Assembly: GCF_001194135.2 (NCBI RefSeq)
Contig: NC_068991.1
Coordinates: forward strand, 2,940,156-2,979,551
Reading direction: 5' to 3'
Length of the DNA stretch: 39,396 nt
From: Octopus bimaculoides
Lineage: Eukaryota
In this document: positions 13,245 to 23,626 of the stretch, piece after piece
How positions within the stretch are numbered: the first letter of the stretch is position 1
How the letters are laid out: each line of letters begins with the position of its first letter
Notes under the pieces: model-generated
What the model was told of the DNA's origin: nothing
The model's database searches: none
Seen by the model: only the letters and a program-made list of their open reading frames with translations
Made by a program: the position numbers and the translations under genes

Positions 13245-13358
13245 GGGGAGGTGCAATGGCCCAGTGGTTAGGGCAGCAGACTCGCGATCGTAGGATCTCA
13301 GTTTCGATTCTCAGACCAGCTGTTGTGAGTGTTTATTGAGCGAAAACACCTAAAGCTC
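13245..13358 (+). mobile_element. tRNA-derived SINE head (a third family)
   Basis: A-box TGGCCCAGTGGTT and B-box-like GTTTCGATTCTC; body is not a complete cloverleaf. Confidence 0.6.
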
Positions 13359-13374
13359 CACGAGGCTCCAGCAT

Positions 13375-13680
13375 GGGCTGGACGTTTTGACTGGGCTGGC
13401 GTGCTGGAAGGCTGCACCAGACTCCAATCAAATTTGGCAAAGTTTCTACAGCTGGATGCCCTTCCTAATGCCAACCACTCCGAGAGTGTAGTGGGAGTGT
13501 TTACGTGCTATTTGCCATTTGCCTGACACCAGGTTCCATTTTCCACGGGTGCCATTTGCCTGACACCAGGGTGCATTTATATGCCACCGGCATGGGTGCC
13601 AATTTGTGTCACACCAGTATCTGCCACAACTGTTGTGATTTTGCTCAGCTTGATGGGTCTTCTTCTCAAGAACGGCATAA
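13375..13680 (-). mobile_element. RTE-type 3' tail copy in reverse orientation
   Basis: TTTCTACAGCTGGATGCCCTTCCTAATGCCAACCACTC is the reverse complement of 78-112. Confidence 0.8.
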
Positions 13681-13892
13681 TCTTTACTACTCTAGGCACA
13701 AAGCTCAAAATTTGTGGGGAGGGGTCAGTCAATTAGATCGACCCTAGTATGCAACGGGTACTTAATTTATCAACCCCGAAAGGATGAAAGGCAAATTTGA
13801 CCTTGGCAGAATTTGAACTCAGAACATAAAGAAAGACAAAATACTGCTAAGCATTTCGCCCAGTGTGCTAACATTTCTGCCAGCTCCCCCCA
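13681..13892 (-). mobile_element. SINE family B (GAGCTGGCAGAA head), reverse copy
   Basis: Reverse complement reads GAGCTGGCAGAAATGTTAGC...GAGTTCAAATTC...CCTTTCATCCTTTCGGGGTTGATAAATTAAGTACC; homologous to 19277, 30810 and 37295. Confidence 0.8.
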
Positions 13893-14964
13893 CCTTCCCA
13901 GCACAACATAATACCAAAGGTTTTGGTTATTGCCGAGACCAGAAAGACAAGACCAATGATAAATCATTTCCATAACACACTGGAATTCAAGTATTTGTGT
14001 TATCTTTGAAAGTTTAAATGTATTCATCCACAAAGATGTATTATTCCACAAATGACTTTCCAAAGTTATCTCTACAGACCTTCGTTAAGAATTTGAGCCA
14101 GTGCTGAATGTTATGACATTTCATATACAAATATGTCTGTGTAAACAATGCGATTGAAGATAGAAAAATAGGTAATGGGTGTATATGCAGATTTCGGGTG
14201 TTATTGCTATTTTATCAGCACCACATCCAACTCATTAACCATCCATAAACATATTGCTTAAATACCAGTAATTAATATTCCACAAATACGAGAAATATCC
14301 AATAATATCAGATCATTCAAATAATTAGTTTATCTATTTCATTTTTGCATTTGGTTTGGAAGATTCTTGATGTGAACTTGTGTGTTGAAATATATTTTGT
14401 TTTATCTTGGGGGTGGGGGTCATTATGCCAATAATAAACACATGCACACACACTGGTTATATTTCATTTCTTTATTTCTTATTTGTCAATTGGTTAACCA
14501 ATTAACTGATTGTTTAATTAATGATTCAGTTAATCAATCAATGAGCTATGTTTGTCAAAGTCCTTTCATCACTTTTACCTGTCACTTCATCAGTGATGTG
14601 TGCTGTCTACTCCAGTCCTTCTTCAGGTCTGTCTGTTTGTCTTCTAGCTTGCAGGTTCAATATTTATATTGGTGTGTGGATGTGAATGGGGATGTTTATG
14701 AGAGAGGGTGGGGACAAGAGAAAGAAAGAAAAAGTGTGTATGTATGTATGAGTGTATTTTTCTGCATGCTGTTGCTGCATGTGTGTGTGTTGATACATGT
14801 ATGTGTGTGTGTGTGGGTGTGTTGTGTGTGTGTGTGTACAGATGTGCATTTATGTGGCTCAGTGTGTATTCTGTATGAGAATCCACACTATCCCTTATTC
14901 TGAGAGAGAATATGTGTGTGTATGTAAGTATGTATGTGTGTGTCTGTATATATATATATATATA

Positions 14965-16377
14965 TTAATTGCGGAGTCACTATCAGAACTAGAGAAGTTT
15001 CAGGTGTGGAAGCAAGGTCTAGAATTGAAGGGCCTTAGAGTCAACCTAGCTAAAACCAAAATCCTAATAAGTAGGAAGGTAGATAAAACACAAACCCCTT
15101 CAGGTAGATGGCCCTGCTCAGTATGTAGAAAAGGAGTAGGTAGTAACTCTATAAGATGTACCCGGTGCAAGCTATGGACACATAAGAGGTGCAGCAACAT
15201 CAAAGGCAGGTTAACTAGCAAGTTAGTTTTTGTTTGTGGCAGATGTTCAGGTGCAATAAAGACTGTAAACAAACAGGAAACAACTTCTATCTCATTCCAG
15301 GGTGANNNNNNNNNNNNNNNNNNNNNNNNNNNNNNNNNNNNNNNNNNNNNNNNNNNNNNNNNNNNNNNNNNNNNNNNNNNNNNNNNNNNNNNNNNNNNNN
15401 NNNNNNNNNNNNNNNNNNNNNNNNNNNNNNNNNNNNNNNNNNNNNNNNNNNNNNNNNNNNNNNNNNNNNNNNNNNNNNNNNNNNNNNNNNNNNNNNNNNN
15501 NNNNNNNNNNNNNNNNNNNNNNNNNNNNNNNNNNNNNNNNNNNNNNNNNNNNNNNNNNNNNNNNNNNNNNNNNNNNNNNNNNNNNNNNNNNNNNNNNNNN
15601 NNNNNNNNNNNNNNNNNNNNNNNNNNNNNNNNNNNNNNNNNNNNNNNNNNNNNNNNNNNNNNNNNNNNNNNNNNNNNNNNNNNNNNNNNNNNNNNNNNNN
15701 NNNNNNNNNNNNNNNNNNNNNNNNNNNNNNNNNNNNNNNNNNNNNNNNNNNNNNNNNNNNNNNNNNNNNNNNNNNNNNNNNNNNNNNNNNNNNNNNNNNN
15801 NNNGCCACACCCTAACAGTTGAGGGAACCCGTGGAAGAGGTAGGCCCAGGAAGACCTGGGCTGAGGTGGTGAGGCAAGACCTTCGTACATTGGGCCTCAC
15901 CGAGGCAATGACTACTGACCGAGACCTTTGGAAATGTGCTGTGTGTGAGAAGATCCAGCAAGCCAAGTAAGATCATTGCCAGTACCCCTGGACTGGCTCT
16001 TGTGCGGGTGGCACATAAGATGCACCATTTTGAGCGTGGCCGTTGCCAGTACCGCCCGACTGGCTTCCGTAGGATTTTCGAGCGAGATTGTTGCCAGTGC
16101 CCCTGGATTGGCTTGTGCGGGTGGCACATAAAAGACACCATTTCGAGCGTGGCCGTTGCCAGTATCGCCTGACTGGCCTTCGTGCAGGTGACACGTAAAA
16201 GCACCTACTACACTCTCTGAGTGGTTGGCGTTAGGAAGGGCATCCAGCTGTAGAAACTCTGCCAAATTTAGATTGGAGCCTGGTGTTGCCATCTGGTTTC
16301 ACCAGTCCTCAGTCAAGTCGTCCAACCCATGCTAGCATGGAAAGCGGACGTTAAACGATGATGATGATGATGATGAT
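14965..16377 (+). mobile_element. 5'-truncated RTE-clade LINE: RT C-terminal part with a Cys/His finger, N-gap, C-terminal RGRP motif, structured 3' UTR and (GAT)n tail
   Basis: 14965-15304 encodes LIAESLSELEKFQVWKQGLELKGLRVNLAKTK (segment after the YADD motif) followed by CSVC...CTRC..WTHKRC...CGRC; 15804-15970 encodes GTRGRGRPRKTWAEVVRQDL...*. Gap at 15306-15803. Confidence 0.85.
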
Positions 16378-17023
16378 ATATACATACACACATACAAAAC
16401 ATCATAAGGAAGAATGGAGAATTAGAATAAGATTATTCATCACAGTATTATTCTTAATAAATTCCAATCCAACATGTGTTTCTACTGGATAAGTATCCTA
16501 ATGTCCTTTGATGTAGCATTTATGTGCATTTAGTTGTTCCCTTATTGAGTTAAGCACTGCTTAATTGGTTATCTTTTACAATTCGGTATGTTCCCCGTCA
16601 TTTGATGTGGTTAGCCAGATCTGGATTATATACAAAGATATCTGCCCGGATCTGAATCCCTATTCCCTCATGTTTTATATACATATGCACATATATATAT
16701 ATACAGTTGTATCTTGGGAGGGTCATTAAGCCATTAACAAACACATGTACTGATTCCATTTCACTTCTTTTTTTTAATAATTGTTTAATAAATTAACTAA
16801 TTGGTTGTTTGATTAATCATCCAGTTTATCAATCAGTCAACTAACTTTGCTAAAGTCTTATTGTTACCAACCATGACCTTCATCAATGACATGCCCCTCT
16901 CTGCTCCAGGTCAGCTTTATTGTCTTTTGACAGCTTTGTGTTGCCTATTGGTCATTCTTTCCGTTTATTGTTCTGTTCTGTTCTAGTCTGAATGTTTTTT
17001 TATGTATATGTTGCTGGCGCTTC

Positions 17024-17073
<50 letters not shown>

Positions 17074-17740
17074 CAGTGATAATAATAATAATAATAATGT
17101 TGTTGTTGTTGATGTACTGTAGTTGATATCACATTGTATGTGTTTTATTTTCTTGTTGGGTGTTTGAATGGTGGGCAAAAGTAGGCAAACGCTTAATGTG
17201 AGTGGAATGTTCTTTGCATTTCTCTATTTTATTTTTTAACCTAAGCAGTTCATAAGTCGATTAAGGGATTTGTGGAAGATGCTTGACTCATTGGAAGCCC
17301 TTTTTTTTAAAATTTCTGGGGATTTTGAGTAAATGCTTAATCAACTAGCATTTCATTTTTTGCAATGGAAACACTGATCACTCAAACACTTCTCTGTGCA
17401 TTGCAGACGGATCCAGTCTGCTTAAATTTGTCACATATTCTGTAAATTATGAATGTTGGTGGAGCTGGTCTTTGAAATTCTTCAGTCCATTCCTGTCAAA
17501 CCATTTCTCCATGTTCCAGCACTGCTTGACAAACCACTTTCATTCTTTGATGGACAAACTTCCACCCATATAATGAATGTCTGAAATTAGGAATAATTGT
17601 TTTATTATAGAAAGAATTAGTTAAAAAGAACATAGGATCGTAGAATTCTTATCATAAAAAAGAAACAGAGAATAGAAAAAATGTTTCATTCATATTAAGC
17701 AACTGTATACCTTCTTTTGTCCACCCCTGTATTTATTTAC

Positions 17741-18164
17741 AACGGTTCTAGGAAAGTTTTCCACAAACATTTTTGCTGCAGGAAAATTCCCTCAGGATTT
17801 TGGGCCATGGAAAAGTTCACCGCATAGGAAATTTTGCCACAAGACAAAAGATGAATTGTTCACCGTGGTATATAATTGTTTCAGCCAATTAGAATTGGTA
17901 AAGCAGTTTCTTAACTCATTTAAAATTTCTTTATTCATTCAACAAAATTTTTTTGGTGTAGCAAAAATGTTTGTGGAAATTTTAAATGAGTTCAGAAATC
18001 GCTTTACCCCTCCTAATTAGCTGAAACAATTATCCACCAAGGAGAGCAATTCGTCTTTTGTGTTATGGCAAAATTTCCTATGTGGTGAACTTTCCTACGG
18101 CTAAAAATCTTGAGGCGAATTTTCCCGCAGCAAAAATGCTTGCAGTAAACTTTCTGGATACGTT
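17741..18164. mobile_element. Fold-back MITE with ~190-bp inverted arms and a 46-nt spacer
   Basis: 17741-17929 aligns with the reverse complement of 17976-18164 (e.g. CATAGGAAATTTTGCCA versus TGGCAAAATTTCCTATG). Confidence 0.85.
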
Positions 18165-19016
18165 TTACAGTATACGTAATATGTCTTGTGAAATGTATTG
18201 GTGTTGACTCATCTGAGTCTGTCTAATGTCTATTTCCATATCATATCTATACGATATGGTATGTTATGCCATAGTATGATGTCATGAGGCATATACACAG
18301 ATGTAGAATTAATCTCAATGAAATAACAAACAATATCAAATAATAAAATAATCCTATACTAAAATTAATGAAATCATACTAACAGATATCTTATACGTTT
18401 TATGTAAATTTCTCTTCATATAAATACAATCTGATCTGTTTTATTATTTTGTTTTATAATTTTTGTAATAAGAATTGTTTTATTATACACAGACACCAGG
18501 GTTATTTTTGTTATTGTGTTTTTTTTTTCAATTGCATGACACCTCACCTGTTTGCATCTTTGGATGCAAAATTTTGTTGCCTCTTGACATTTCTGGTTAA
18601 GACTTGCGATAAAAATTAAAGCAAACGCAAAGCAATAATAACGATAATAATAATAATAATAATAATCCTTTCTACTGATAATGAAGAATATCTTAGAACA
18701 GGAGAAACACATGATATAAAAGGATCACAGATAACAAACATATCAAACATATTTTCCCATCATCAGTTGCCAATTGGATATCATTGTATTTTCAATACCT
18801 AGCCATGCATTGTTTAGTCATAAATATTAGCTGATATTCCTAAATACACATCTGTCCATCTCCGCATGTACACACTTTGGGAATTACCATTTCCCTCCAT
18901 CCAGCTCACACTGACCACACTAACACAATTATAACCTTACTTTCTTTTCACTATTGCCATTAAATCCTATGTCTTTGATGTCTTTCCTAAAATTCAAATT
19001 GTCTGTTGTATTTCAG

Positions 19017-19158
19017 GGTGCCCTAACTGCTGACGAAGTTGCTGCCCTTATGTCAAACTACCAATACACGGGTGCCACAACCAACATCCACCCTTATCTC
19101 TCTGCTATGGTCAACTATGCTCAACCCGTCAAGTTCCAGTCGTTTGAAATAGCGGAAG
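19017..19158 (+). CDS. PLCB4: PLC-beta4/norpA-like exon: end of X-Y linker and start of Y box (GALTADE...[29 protein letters not shown])
   Basis: tttcAG|GGT...GAAG|GTACTT; matches vertebrate PLCB4 [23 protein letters not shown] as recalled; phase 0 to 1. Confidence 0.95.
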
Positions 19159-19276
19159 GTACTTCATCTTCAACTTCCTTTCATGTTTCCTTCTCCTCTT
19201 CCTTCTCCTCCCTCCTCTCATTGTTACTCTCACTCTTGTTTTCCACCTCACTCTTTCTTTTCCTTTTCCCCTTCCT

Positions 19277-19447
19277 GAGCTGGCTGAATTGTTAACATGT
19301 TGAATAAAATGCTTTGTAGCATTTCCTCTGGCTCTTTACATTCTGAGTTCAAACCCTGCTGAGGTCAACTTTGTCTTTCATTCTTTCTGGGCCAATAAAG
19401 TAAAGTATTAATCAAGTACTGGGGATGATGTAATCGACTTGCCCCCA
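19277..19447 (+). mobile_element. SINE family B copy
   Basis: GAGCTGGCTGAATTGTTAAC...GAGTTCAAACC...GGGGATGATGTAATCGAC is homologous to the other family B copies. Confidence 0.75.
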
Positions 19448-19456
19448 CTCCCTTTA

Positions 19457-19502
19457 CTAAGCATTTTGTCCAGCATGCTAACGATTCTGCCAGCTCACCA
19501 CC

Positions 19503-19503
<1 letters not shown>
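19457..19503 (-). mobile_element. SINE family B head fragment, inverted relative to the 19277 copy
   Basis: Reverse complement reads GGTGAGCTGGCAGAATCGTTAGCATGCTGGACAAAATGCTTAG. Confidence 0.8.
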
Positions 19504-19543
<40 letters not shown>

Positions 19544-19592
19544 CCTTCCTTTATTAGCCACGAGGCCAAGTATATATAATAATAATAATAAT

Positions 19593-19627
<35 letters not shown>

Positions 19628-20029
19628 TAACTTAATGACTTCTTATATATTTTTCTTGATTTCTTTTCCCATTATTTCTAATTTTAATTTATTACATCTT
19701 ATAATGCACATTTGTTGCAATGATAGATATAACAGCTTATGTATTTCGATTGACCTATCTATCTCTCTGTCTCTCTGTCTGTCTGTCTCTCTCTCTCTCT
19801 GTATTTTCTAATCCCTCTCTTCTTCTCTCCACCTTCATCATCACCCTAATCCCATGGCCTCTTCTTTCTTCTCTCAGCACAATTTTCCTTGATTTTTTCC
19901 TTTCTAAATAAAACAATATAGAGTTTAAAATCAAGAACACCGCCACCCACCCACAAAACCACCCCTGTCTTCCACCACCACCTCCTTCACAACCAACACC
20001 ACCTCACAAACTCTATCACTTGCAACACA

Positions 20030-20305
20030 ACACCAGCATCATCATCATCATCTTAGTCACCATTGTTAATTATCATTATCATACCAAACCATTACTGCCA
20101 TCAGCCTCTGCCAACACCATCATCACAACCACCATCACCACCCTCCCTAACACTAACACCACTATCACCTCCACCATTACCACCACCACCACAACTACTG
20201 CCATCACCATCCTAACAATCACCACCACCATCATCACTATCACCAGCACCAGCATCACCACCAGCCTAACCACCACCACCACCACCACCACCTCGATTAT
20301 ACTCA
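20030..20305. repeat. Degenerate (ACC/ATC)n trinucleotide tract upstream of alternative exon A
   Basis: Visible directly; explains the poly-Thr and poly-Val ORFs in the ORF track. Confidence 0.9.
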
Positions 20306-20384
20306 CCTGATGCACAACCCCTCTCACCCCTACCTCTATCAATTGCTACTTTCTATGTCAGTTTGCATGTCTTTATACTTCCAG

Positions 20385-20469
20385 AGCGGAACATCCATTA
20401 CCACATGTCGTCGTTCAACGAGAACGCAGGTTTAGGCTATTTAAAAACTCAGGCTATAGAATTTGTCAA
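20385..20469 (+). CDS. PLCB4: PLC-beta Y-box alternative exon A, (E)[27 protein letters not shown](N)
   Basis: cttccAG|AG CGG...GTC AA|GTATCCTT; 85 nt, phase 1 to 2; nearly identical to vertebrate PLCB4 [29 protein letters not shown] as recalled. Confidence 0.95.
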
Positions 20470-20477
20470 GTATCCTT
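20470..20477 (+). promoter_or_regulatory. U12-type 5' splice site GTATCCTT after exon A
   Basis: Matches the minor-spliceosome donor consensus RTATCCTT; codon phase fits the exon at 27442. Confidence 0.9.
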
Positions 20478-20812
20478 GTTCGTTCTAAACTTAAACCAAA
20501 AAAAAAAAAAGAGGAGAAAAGAAAAAAAGAAAAACTCCCAATTCTACCTGCTGTTGAGCCCTGATGGGAATGGGAACTCAAAATGATCGAGCATTTGGAA
20601 CCCTGCAAACAAATGTCAATCTGTTGATTTTGCTACCCTGGCCTGCCCTACCGCCACTCGCTTTTCCCCCATTTTTCTTTATATATTGTATATCTAGGTA
20701 TTATGTGTGTGTGTGTCTGTGTGTGCATGTGTGTATGTGTGTGTGTGCACTTTTAATAGGTGGTCCCCCTTGGTTCAAACACAAAGCTTTACAGCAGTTC
20801 ATAAAGCAGGTT

Positions 20813-21298
20813 NNNNNNNNNNNNNNNNNNNNNNNNNNNNNNNNNNNNNNNNNNNNNNNNNNNNNNNNNNNNNNNNNNNNNNNNNNNNNNNNNNNNNNNN
20901 NNNNNNNNNNNNNNNNNNNNNNNNNNNNNNNNNNNNNNNNNNNNNNNNNNNNNNNNNNNNNNNNNNNNNNNNNNNNNNNNNNNNNNNNNNNNNNNNNNNN
21001 NNNNNNNNNNNNNNNNNNNNNNNNNNNNNNNNNNNNNNNNNNNNNNNNNNNNNNNNNNNNNNNNNNNNNNNNNNNNNNNNNNNNNNNNNNNNNNNNNNNN
21101 NNNNNNNNNNNNNNNNNNNNNNNNNNNNNNNNNNNNNNNNNNNNNNNNNNNNNNNNNNNNNNNNNNNNNNNNNNNNNNNNNNNNNNNNNNNNNNNNNNNN
21201 NNNNNNNNNNNNNNNNNNNNNNNNNNNNNNNNNNNNNNNNNNNNNNNNNNNNNNNNNNNNNNNNNNNNNNNNNNNNNNNNNNNNNNNNNNNNNNNNNN
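20813..21298. other. Assembly gap inside the intron between exons A and B
   Basis: Run of N. Confidence 1.
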
Positions 21299-21552
21299 TA
21301 TATATATATATAAGTTTATAATACAAGAAGATGGAATGAATAGGCTTTGATCCAAATCACTACAATCGTTTCTGTGCATTAGTATCAGTTGGTAATTGCT
21401 GAGTGTTTCATATATTAAACACGTCATTGCATTGATATGATTCAGCAATAGGCGTGGACCTGCATGACTTCATGTAGGTTGGGTCAACCTATACCCTGTG
21501 AGCAAAATAGCACGGGCAGAAACTGTGCAGAGGGCCTTTGATAAACCTGTAG

Positions 21553-21589
<37 letters not shown>

Positions 21590-22542
21590 CACATGTAATG
21601 GAAAAAACCCAGTGCAGCCAAAAATTGCTTGCAGCATTTTATTCAGTATTGGTCACTTCTCTTTGTAGTTGATTCAGTTTGTCTTTCATTGTCCAGCAAG
21701 ATCAGTGAAATCAGTGCCAGACAAAGTACTGGACTGAGAGGTCATCATAATTGTTAACCACCCCACATCAGTATTTGAAGCCAGTTATCCGTAACTGTTT
21801 TCCTTCAACCCCATTGTCATTGCAGCTCCTTGTCGGAACAGGGCACCAATTTTACAGTAAGGATCCCACCTACCTATCTGGGTACTTAGTGGCCTACCAA
21901 CCTATTTATAAATTTATCTACCTACCTACCTAATTACCTACCTACCTGCCTACCTCTCTTTTTCTCTCTCTCTATTGCCACAACTTCCACACCCCAAAAC
22001 AGCCATCTTCCCAGTAGCAAACTGTTCCACAGGTCCAGAAATACTACGGAATTGAAACAGGATTCGATGGACTGACAAAGGACATTTTAGATTTCATTCA
22101 CCTTTCTACCGAGAACAGGTCTTGCTCTAGAAGATTAGAGGCTGTTTCAAGTCAATTAATTAATTAATTAATTGATTGATTAATTAATTAATCCATTAAA
22201 ACAATGGTCTGATTTCTAACTAAATTGTCAACCTTTAACTTCCATCTCCTCCAGAGCCAGTAAATAATTAAAGGTAATGCAGTCAATAGTTACAGGTAAT
22301 TAGCATTATGTCTAGTTAAAAAAAAACAACAACAAAAGATATTCATTATCATTGTTACTGATGTTGTTGTTATTGTTTTTGTTGAATTTCTTTTAACAAC
22401 TGAAAATATTTTGTGAATTTTAATATTTATCTAACTTGTTTTCTCTTGATATTAATTTAAATGTAATGTTTTAAATTTGATTTTACAAACATACCATATA
22501 CTACAATTAATATGCATACACACTCATACACATCTGTGCATG

Positions 22543-22584
<42 letters not shown>

Positions 22585-23626
22585 CAGACGCGCACATACA
22601 CAGAGACAGAGGATAGTGGAAAAATATAAACCTCACTTTAATGGTAGTTGGAGTTGCAGGTTCTGCTTGGCTGAGAAGAGGATCATACTAAAGAACTCTT
22701 TTCACCCAGGCACCTATCTTAATCATAAGAGTGAAATTTTCTAATCCTGTCCACATGAGTGCAGGTTTGTCTTAGCATACTGGTTGGCAACATATCAGTT
22801 TTTTCCCCCCATCTAAAATCTGAGGAGTAAATATAGGACTTGCTACATCCATTTGTGGTATATATACATACATAAACACATATTTGACTCAACACAATTT
22901 TAAAATTAAACCTCTGCAACCATCTCCCATCTCTACTCACTCCACGTGACTACACAACTCTTCTCTTACTTGGTCCAACCCCACCCTACAAGTAAGTATC
23001 CAGCATACTATGATGGGCTTTTTTCCAGATCTCAATCCAAGGGATGTAACTCCGGTGAACTAAAATGTTTTTCTCCCTCAGTTCCGAACTGGACAATTTC
23101 ATTCTGGGTTTTACAACAGATATAAAAACAGCTGAATGAATGTGACACATTCAGACTTCCAGAAGGAAAAGCGCTTGCATCATACCATTCCTTACAGCCT
23201 TTTCTGATGATTGTTGGGATTATCTCAACTCTTGGTATGAAACTGATAGATGAAGCTGTTCATGTGAGAATATAATATTGCATTTTATTATTATACACGT
23301 GTGTGTGTGTGTGTGTGTGTGCCTGGACACTGTCTGTACTTGAAGAGACATTTGACCGTTTATAGAAGCAATCCCTCTACGCACATATACATTCCCCCCC
23401 TCTCTCTCTCTCTCTCTCATCTCTCTGCATCTTTCTCTCACGTTTGTGTTTTTTTTTCTCACTACTCCTACCATTGATGTTGTTGCTAATTATTAATGTC
23501 ATTGTTGTTGTTGTTGCATGAATCGTTGTTGTTTTCATTTGTTTTTGTTGTGTTTTTATTTATTTTCACTTCTTTTTGGTGTCGTTTTTTTCTTTTCTTC
23601 TTTTTTCTTTTGGTTTTATTTGCAAG

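Noticed and set aside
20020-20342. Poly-Thr (+) and poly-Val (-) ORFs suggesting a mucin-like protein
   Set aside because: Degenerate ACC/ATC repeat in an intron; no splice or homology support.
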